Below, in pieces: positions 26,617 through 32,000 of a stretch of DNA of 32,000 nucleotides. The DNA is from Gallionellaceae bacterium (lineage in GTDB: Bacteria > Pseudomonadota > Gammaproteobacteria > Burkholderiales > Gallionellaceae), in the NCBI GenBank assembly GCA_009773615.1, contig WSYA01000013.1, positions 1 through 32,000 on the forward strand, written 5' to 3'. Position numbers and translations under genes: made by a program. Under the pieces are notes generated by a model that did not search any database, was not told the origin of the DNA, and saw nothing but the letters and a program-made list of their open reading frames with translations. Positions within the stretch are counted from its first letter, which is position 1, and each line of letters starts with the position of its first letter.

Positions 26617-29600
26617 ATGAATACGATACGAATTTTAATGACTTGCGCGTTCGTTGCCATGTTGGGCAATTCCATTCGGGGACAGGCGGAAGACATCGAC
26701 TTGTACAGCTCCGCAGCCAGCGTGACGGGGACGGATCTGCCCAATGTGCTGTTCATCATGGATAACGCGGCCAACTTCAACGCCAGCGCTGCTGCATGCA
26801 CTTATGCCGATACTGGCCTCGCACCTAGCTTGGGCAACACCACCGGCGGCATAGAGCAATGCGCGCTGGTCAACGCGATCAATTCTTTGCCGCTCGACAC
26901 CGTCAACATCGGCATCATGGCCTACAACAAAACCGGGATGGACACTTTATACGGCTGCCAAGCAGGCGGTACCGGCGGTTGTCTGGTGAAGGCTCTTACC
27001 CGGATGAATGCCGCAGGCAAGGCCGCCATCATCGCCAACATCAAGGCATGGACCTCAGGCACCATACAGTCCAATAACGAAGCGACCGCGCAGGCCATGC
27101 AGGAAGCATGGGCCTACTATGCCGGCAAACAAGGCATGTCAGGCAGAACCTATACTTCTACCGCGCTGAGCGGTTGCCAGAAAAACTATGTTATTTATAT
27201 TGGCAACGCCTTTAACAACTCCGGTTCTCCCGGCGATGCCAGCGCTAGTCCGGGCGCTCGGTTGGCGACAACGATCACCAACAATACTGCCCTGAGCACC
27301 GCGCAGAGGACGTTGCTTGGGGCGGCTATTCAGATACCCTCCGGTGCCTACGGCACCAGTGCGTTCACCTGCTCGCCCAATCCTTATACCTTGAATTTGT
27401 CCAATGGCCACGGCGAAACCACCGGTCTGTATGCGGACGAATGGGCGCGCTACATGCACGCCACTGATCTCAGCACTGGCGCTATGCCCGCCACCAAAAA
27501 AATCTTCACCTACACGATCGGCGTGTTGGATACCGCTTGCAAGGCAGATTATCCCGCCCTGCTCACCAGCATGGCGCTCAACGGCGGCGGAAAATATTTC
27601 CCCACCGGCAACGCGGCCGACATACAGCAAGCCATACTGCGCGTGCTCAATGAGGTGCAGGCGGTCAACAGCGTGTTCTCTTCCGCCAGCTTGCCGGTCA
27701 GCGTGAACACTCAGGGTACTTACCTCAACCAGATTTTCATGGGCATGTTCCGTCCGGATTCCGGCGGCGTCCCCAGATGGAAGGGCAACCTCAAGCAGTA
27801 TCAGTTCGTTTACGATCCGACCGCAAAGCAGCTGAGCTTGGCCGACGCGACGGGAGCGGCGGCCATCAGCGCGGCGGGGACTGGTTTTCTCTCCCCGAAT
27901 GCGGCCAGTTTCTGGACCTGCACGAATGCCGCAAATACGCAAAACCGAGTTACCCCCTACAATGTGGCGCCCTACAGCAATACCTCCATTTGCAGCAACT
28001 CGACGCCTTACACGGACCCGGCTGTCGGCTTCTGGGCGAACGATAAGAACGGCCAAGGGCTTGCCTGGGACTTGCCCGACGGCGAAGTGGTGGAAAAAGG
28101 TGGGGCGGCACAAATACTGCGTCTGGCTAACCTCAACAATACTTACACCGCAGTGCCCGGTACGTCCACCAACCCGCGCAATCTCTACACTTATTTGGGC
28201 GCGAATGCCGCCCTGTCGAATGCGGTTAATGTCTTCGATACCTCGAACGCGACCATCACCGATGCGATGCTGGGGACGGGGCCGTTAACCATCAGCTCCA
28301 TCAACAGCGCCTCCACGGTGCAGGCGAACAGCTTTACTCCCAGTGCCGCCGGAACAGCTGCAACGATTACGATCACTAACTTCGCAAAAGGATCAGGTAG
28401 TACAGTAACAGCAACCGTGGCATCGACAGCGGCCTTGGTGGCGGGCACCACGCAATTTACGGTAGCTACCGGAAGCACAAAATACGATTGCACTGCCTGT
28501 ACGGTAGCGACCATCGTCGATGCCACCCAATTCACCTATATTGCTTCACCTGGAACTCAAACTGCGCCAGCCACGCCTTATGTGGCAGCAATTTTGTCCA
28601 ACTTCGTGACGGTAAGCAGCACTGCCCACGGTTTGGCGGTTGGACAGACCATGACGGTCTCTGCCTGCGCTACGCACACGACGTTAAATGCCACTGACGC
28701 TACGGTCAGTTCGGTGACCAACACCAATACCTTTGTGATTTCTACAGCAGTGACTCTCGGTTCAACGGCGGTGGATGCCTCATGCAGATATTCTCTTAAG
28801 ACCGCTACCGTCACCACTGCGGCGGCTCACGGCTTGCCTACGGGGGCGCTCGTCGCCATCGCCGGGGCGGCTCCTGCGGGCTATAACGGCTCATGGGTCA
28901 TCAAGGCCGTTGGCACCACTACGTTTACTTACCAATATACGGCCGCTGCGCCGCTGGCCAATTTCGCCGGCGCAGGTGCGACCGCTACCAGCAGCATCAC
29001 CACCCGCGATATGCTCACCCGTTGGGTGCGCGGCGAAGATAACCTCGGCGACGAGGCGAGCTTGTGCCCGCCGGGTAGCACTGCGGGGGTCGGCAATTGC
29101 CCGAATCCAGCGGTGAATATCCGTCCTTCGGTGCATGGCGATGTGCTGCACTCGCGCCCGGTGGTGCTTAACTACGGCGGGGGAGCGATAGCCATCACCG
29201 CAATCGCCGATTCTGGCACCACCCGCACCGCGACGGCCTCGGCGGCGGATGTGGCGAAGATCGGAGCGACGAACGCTCAAGCCAATGTCACGTTCGACAA
29301 CGGCCTTTCCTGCAAGGTGACAGTCGCCTCTACAACCACGTTTACTTACCCCACCACGGGCTGCGGGACAGCTACTGCCCCGCAATCCGCAGCGACTTCT
29401 GCCCCCAACGTGATTGTGTTCTATGGCGGCAACGATGGCGTATTCCGTTCCGTCAACGGCAATCAGGTAAACCCGATATCAAGCCCGTTCACTTTGCCCA
29501 CGCCGGGCGGCGAATTATGGGGATTTATCCCGGACGAGTTTTTCGGCCAGCTCAAGCGGCAGCACGACAACAGTCCGGCGCTGTTGATGCCGTCCACGCC

Positions 29601-31128
29601 GGCCGGCATTATTCCCACGCCGCAGAAAAAGGACTATTTTGTCGACGGGTCGACCGGGGTATACCAAGTGATAGACGGGACGGGCAAAACCACGAAGGCT
29701 TACCTTTACCTCGCTATGCGCCGTGGCGGTCGTCTCATTTATGCGCTGGATGTGACCGATCCGACCAACCCGAAATTTTTGTGGAAGCACAGCAATGCGG
29801 ATGCGGGTTTTAGCGAGCTGGGGCAAACTTGGTCACAGCCCAAAGTCGCCACAGTTGCCGGTTACGCCAACCCGGTGCTGATCTTCGGCGCGGGCTATGA
29901 CGCGGCTGCCGAAGATGTGGAGCCGCCTACAGCCGATACTATGGGACGCGGTATTTTTATTCTGGACGCGGTCACCGGTAGTGTCGTGTGGAAGGCTACT
30001 TATGGCGCTGCTTTATCGTGCCCGTCCGCTTCAGCAGCCTGTACGTTGCCGGAGATGAAATACAGTGTCCCTTCCGATATCACCCTGCTGGACAGGAACA
30101 ACGATGGAAAGATCGACCGGTTATATGTGGGCGATGTAGGGGGCAACATGTGGCGCGTGGATCTCGAACCTACCGGTGCTCACAAAACTCCCGTATTCTG
30201 GCAGGTGGAGAAACTGGCTGCACTGGGTTGCACTACCGGCGTGTGCGCCGCCGGAGTTGCGCCGCGCAAAATCTTCTATCCGCCGGAGGTGATCATTACG
30301 TCGGGCTATGATGCGGTATTCACCGCTACCGGCGACCGCGAGCATCCTCTCTATAGCACGACCGGGATAACCATCACCGCCACTGTTAACTCCGGCTCCA
30401 CCCGTACCGCGACGGCTTCGGCCGCCGATGTAGCGAAAATCGGGGCGGTAGGTGCCACGAAAGCGACCACATTCGACAATAAGCAAACTTGCACGGTGAC
30501 GGTCGCTTCGGCAACCACCTTTACTTACCCCGCTTCAGGCTGCGGGGATGCCGGGGCACAAAGCGCAAAGGTCGTCATCACGCAATCGGCCTGCACCGTC
30601 ACGAACCGCGCCTACCTGCTAAAAGATACGGCTACCGGCACGGATGGCAGCGGTCTCACCACCCTTACCGAATCCAACTTGTTCAACGCCACGGCTACCC
30701 TTTGGGATGGTACGCTCAGCGGCTATTACGTCACGTTTAATTTCTGTGAGAAATCCGTCAACGCGCCGCTCGTGGTGGCGGGATATATCTATTTCGGTAC
30801 GAATCAGGCGAAAGCTCAGGAAAAAGATGTCTGCGAGGAGTCGCTGGGCGAAGCGGTCGGTTACAAGCTGGCACCCTTTACCGGGAAGTATGCTGAAGGG
30901 GAATTTGAAGGCGGAGGCTTGCCGCCTTCTCCGGTAGCCGGTGTTGTGAACATCGTAGACGCGGCAGGAAAAACCATCCAAGTCGCCTTCTGCATCGGCT
31001 GCGGCGGCGAGGACGATAATGGCGGCAATACCGGTTGCGGCAGCGAATCGGCGCTGGCGGGCTGCAAGCCGCCAATTGAGGTTACATCAAGCCGCAGTAG
31101 AACCTACTGGTACATCAAGGGTAAATGA
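26617..31128 (+). CDS. pilY1: PilY1-type type IV pilus tip adhesin / biogenesis factor (1503 aa, expanded)
   Basis: A signal peptide is followed by an N-terminal vWA-like region. The C-terminal beta-propeller region carries the PilY1 EF-hand-like Ca site 'DRNNDGKIDRLYVGDVGGNMWRVDL' (30091..30165). It is the last gene of the minor pilin operon, with GGAGGA 8 nt upstream of the ATG. Confidence 0.9.
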   Translation: MNTIRILMTCAFVAMLGNSIRGQAEDIDLYSSAASVTGTDLPNVLFIMDNAANFNASAAACTYADTGLAPSLGNTTGGIEQCALVNAINSLPLDTVNIGIMAYNKTGMDTLYGCQAGGTGGCLVKALTRMNAAGKAAIIANIKAWTSGTIQSNNEATAQAMQEAWAYYAGKQGMSGRTYTSTALSGCQKNYVIYIGNAFNNSGSPGDASASPGARLATTITNNTALSTAQRTLLGAAIQIPSGAYGTSAFTCSPNPYTLNLSNGHGETTGLYADEWARYMHATDLSTGAMPATKKIFTYTIGVLDTACKADYPALLTSMALNGGGKYFPTGNAADIQQAILRVLNEVQAVNSVFSSASLPVSVNTQGTYLNQIFMGMFRPDSGGVPRWKGNLKQYQFVYDPTAKQLSLADATGAAAISAAGTGFLSPNAASFWTCTNAANTQNRVTPYNVAPYSNTSICSNSTPYTDPAVGFWANDKNGQGLAWDLPDGEVVEKGGAAQILRLANLNNTYTAVPGTSTNPRNLYTYLGANAALSNAVNVFDTSNATITDAMLGTGPLTISSINSASTVQANSFTPSAAGTAATITITNFAKGSGSTVTATVASTAALVAGTTQFTVATGSTKYDCTACTVATIVDATQFTYIASPGTQTAPATPYVAAILSNFVTVSSTAHGLAVGQTMTVSACATHTTLNATDATVSSVTNTNTFVISTAVTLGSTAVDASCRYSLKTATVTTAAAHGLPTGALVAIAGAAPAGYNGSWVIKAVGTTTFTYQYTAAAPLANFAGAGATATSSITTRDMLTRWVRGEDNLGDEASLCPPGSTAGVGNCPNPAVNIRPSVHGDVLHSRPVVLNYGGGAIAITAIADSGTTRTATASAADVAKIGATNAQANVTFDNGLSCKVTVASTTTFTYPTTGCGTATAPQSAATSAPNVIVFYGGNDGVFRSVNGNQVNPISSPFTLPTPGGELWGFIPDEFFGQLKRQHDNSPALLMPSTPAGIIPTPQKKDYFVDGSTGVYQVIDGTGKTTKAYLYLAMRRGGRLIYALDVTDPTNPKFLWKHSNADAGFSELGQTWSQPKVATVAGYANPVLIFGAGYDAAAEDVEPPTADTMGRGIFILDAVTGSVVWKATYGAALSCPSASAACTLPEMKYSVPSDITLLDRNNDGKIDRLYVGDVGGNMWRVDLEPTGAHKTPVFWQVEKLAALGCTTGVCAAGVAPRKIFYPPEVIITSGYDAVFTATGDREHPLYSTTGITITATVNSGSTRTATASAADVAKIGAVGATKATTFDNKQTCTVTVASATTFTYPASGCGDAGAQSAKVVITQSACTVTNRAYLLKDTATGTDGSGLTTLTESNLFNATATLWDGTLSGYYVTFNFCEKSVNAPLVVAGYIYFGTNQAKAQEKDVCEESLGEAVGYKLAPFTGKYAEGEFEGGGLPPSPVAGVVNIVDAAGKTIQVAFCIGCGGEDDNGGNTGCGSESALAGCKPPIEVTSSRSRTYWYIKGK

Positions 31129-31144
31129 GGCGTAGCGGCTGTCT

Positions 31145-31909
31145 CTAGCTAAATTCTTTCACAATGTACTGCTGCCTGCGGCTGATGGGCAGCAGTTCTT
31201 CTAAGCCCTTCAGTTTGACCGTCCAATGTGCTTCGCTGTCGTCCGTTTCGGCGACTTTCTCGAAGCCTTCGATTTCTTCTTTGGCTACGAGGCAGTTGCG
31301 GTGGATGCGCACAAAGCGTGCGGTGAATTCCTTTTCCAGCGCGATGAGCGACTCTTCGATGATGTATTCGTGTTCTGCGGTGCGCACGGTGATGTATTTC
31401 AACTCGGCGCGCAGGTAGAGCACTTGTTCGATCGGTACTAGCACGATCTTGCCGCGTTCGTGGATGGAGAGATTTTTGCGCGGTTCCGGGGTGAGTTCTT
31501 GCAGCACTTCACTGCGTACGGGTACGGCGTTGCGGGCGCGGGTGAGCGCTTCGAACAGGCGCCCCAAGCGTATCGGCTTGAGCAAATAATCGATGGCGCG
31601 TGCTTCAAAGGCGTGGACGGCATAGCTGTCGTAGACGGTGGTGAAGACGATGACGGGCGGTTTGTGCAGTTTGTTTAAGTGCCGCGCCAGTTCGATGCCA
31701 TCCATTTGCGGCATACGAATATCCATCAATACGACATCGGCATGGACTTCGGACAGCTTGTCCAGCGCTTCGACGCCGTTGCCGGCCTCTCCCACCAGAG
31801 TCAAAGGCAGTTGTTCGGCGCAGTCGGTGAGCAAGTCTTTGAGCCGATTGCGTGCGGGAGGCTCGTCGTCGACGATGAATACGGCCAAGGGTAATTCAAC
31901 AACGTTCAT
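31145..31909 (-). CDS. algR: LytTR-family two-component response regulator, AlgR-like
   Basis: 254 aa. The receiver domain shows 'VFIVDDEPPARNRL' and 'VLMDIRMPQMDG'. The LytTR domain shows 'KYITVRT' and 'FVRIHRNCLVAKEEI', close to P. aeruginosa AlgR 'KYVTLRH' and 'FVRIHRNALVARERI' as I remember them. Confidence 0.85.
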   Translation of the reverse strand: MNVVELPLAVFIVDDEPPARNRLKDLLTDCAEQLPLTLVGEAGNGVEALDKLSEVHADVVLMDIRMPQMDGIELARHLNKLHKPPVIVFTTVYDSYAVHAFEARAIDYLLKPIRLGRLFEALTRARNAVPVRSEVLQELTPEPRKNLSIHERGKIVLVPIEQVLYLRAELKYITVRTAEHEYIIEESLIALEKEFTARFVRIHRNCLVAKEEIEGFEKVAETDDSEAHWTVKLKGLEELLPISRRQQYIVKEFS

Positions 31910-32000
31910 GGGGACTCCTCTTTGATATAGGGGATTTGAATGTGTACTCGATAATAATCTTTTCCGGCATCGACGCTATAGCTCGCTTCAAGGTCGAACT
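31906..32000 (-). CDS. 3' end of a sensor histidine kinase (FimS/AlgZ-like partner), partial
   Basis: The minus-strand frame reads '...FDLEASYSVDAGKDYYRVHIQIPYIKEESP*', with its TGA overlapping the algR-like ATG (ATGA). This is the typical kinase-regulator arrangement. Only about 30 codons are visible. Confidence 0.55.
   Translation of the reverse strand, partial: FDLEASYSVDAGKDYYRVHIQIPYIKEESP

Noticed and set aside
31897-32000. An alternative open minus-strand frame at the window end ('SSTLKRAIASMPEKIIIEYTFKSPISKRSPHERC*').
   Set aside because: It would run 12 nt into the algR-like coding region, and its sequence does not resemble a kinase. The other frame ends with an ATGA overlap and a more kinase-like C-terminus, so I preferred that one.
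1-32000. A prophage, integrative element, toxin-antitoxin pair or defence island.
   Set aside because: There is no integrase, transposase, phage structural gene, tRNA attachment site or recognisable defence gene. Apart from the small GxxExxY cassette, the gene content is housekeeping plus a conserved pilus operon.

Overview
This window looks like a densely packed chromosomal core region. It is probably from a betaproteobacterium, judging only by gene order (dusB-fis, rpe-gph-trpE-trpG-trpD, hemC-D-X-Y) and protein motifs. I support about 33 protein genes: fis/dusB, a UbiH-family hydroxylase, dsbC, a cNMP-binding EAL phosphodiesterase, hslR, mltA, apaG, rpe, gph, trpE/G/D, hemCDXY and ppc. There is also a type IV pilus minor-pilin operon (pilE-fimT/U-pilV-pilW-pilX-pilY1) followed by a convergent AlgR-like LytTR regulator and the 3' end of its sensor kinase. 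I saw no rRNA, tRNA, CRISPR array, transposase or integrase. The main findings, in rough order of interest:

1. An AT-rich GxxExxY (PD-(D/E)XK nuclease-like) gene sits exactly in the trpE-trpG junction. It is bracketed by perfect 27-bp inverted repeats, each made of three CACAGAGA octamers.
2. A cargo-less 76-nt palindromic copy of the same repeat occupies the hemC-hemD junction. Together these suggest a small element that targets or serves intercistronic junctions.
3. A candidate Trp-rich leader peptide (MNLNNLLSWRWC) lies upstream of trpE. It contains a 9-nt sequence exactly complementary to the trpE Shine-Dalgarno.
4. A divergent FabV/trans-2-enoyl reductase-like protein sits where trpC usually is.
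5. The PilY1 is very large (1503 aa) and carries five copies of a ~60-aa 'TFTY' module.
6. AlgR-box-like 9-mers lie upstream of the pilin operon.

All functional calls rest on motifs I recognise by eye. No database search was possible.
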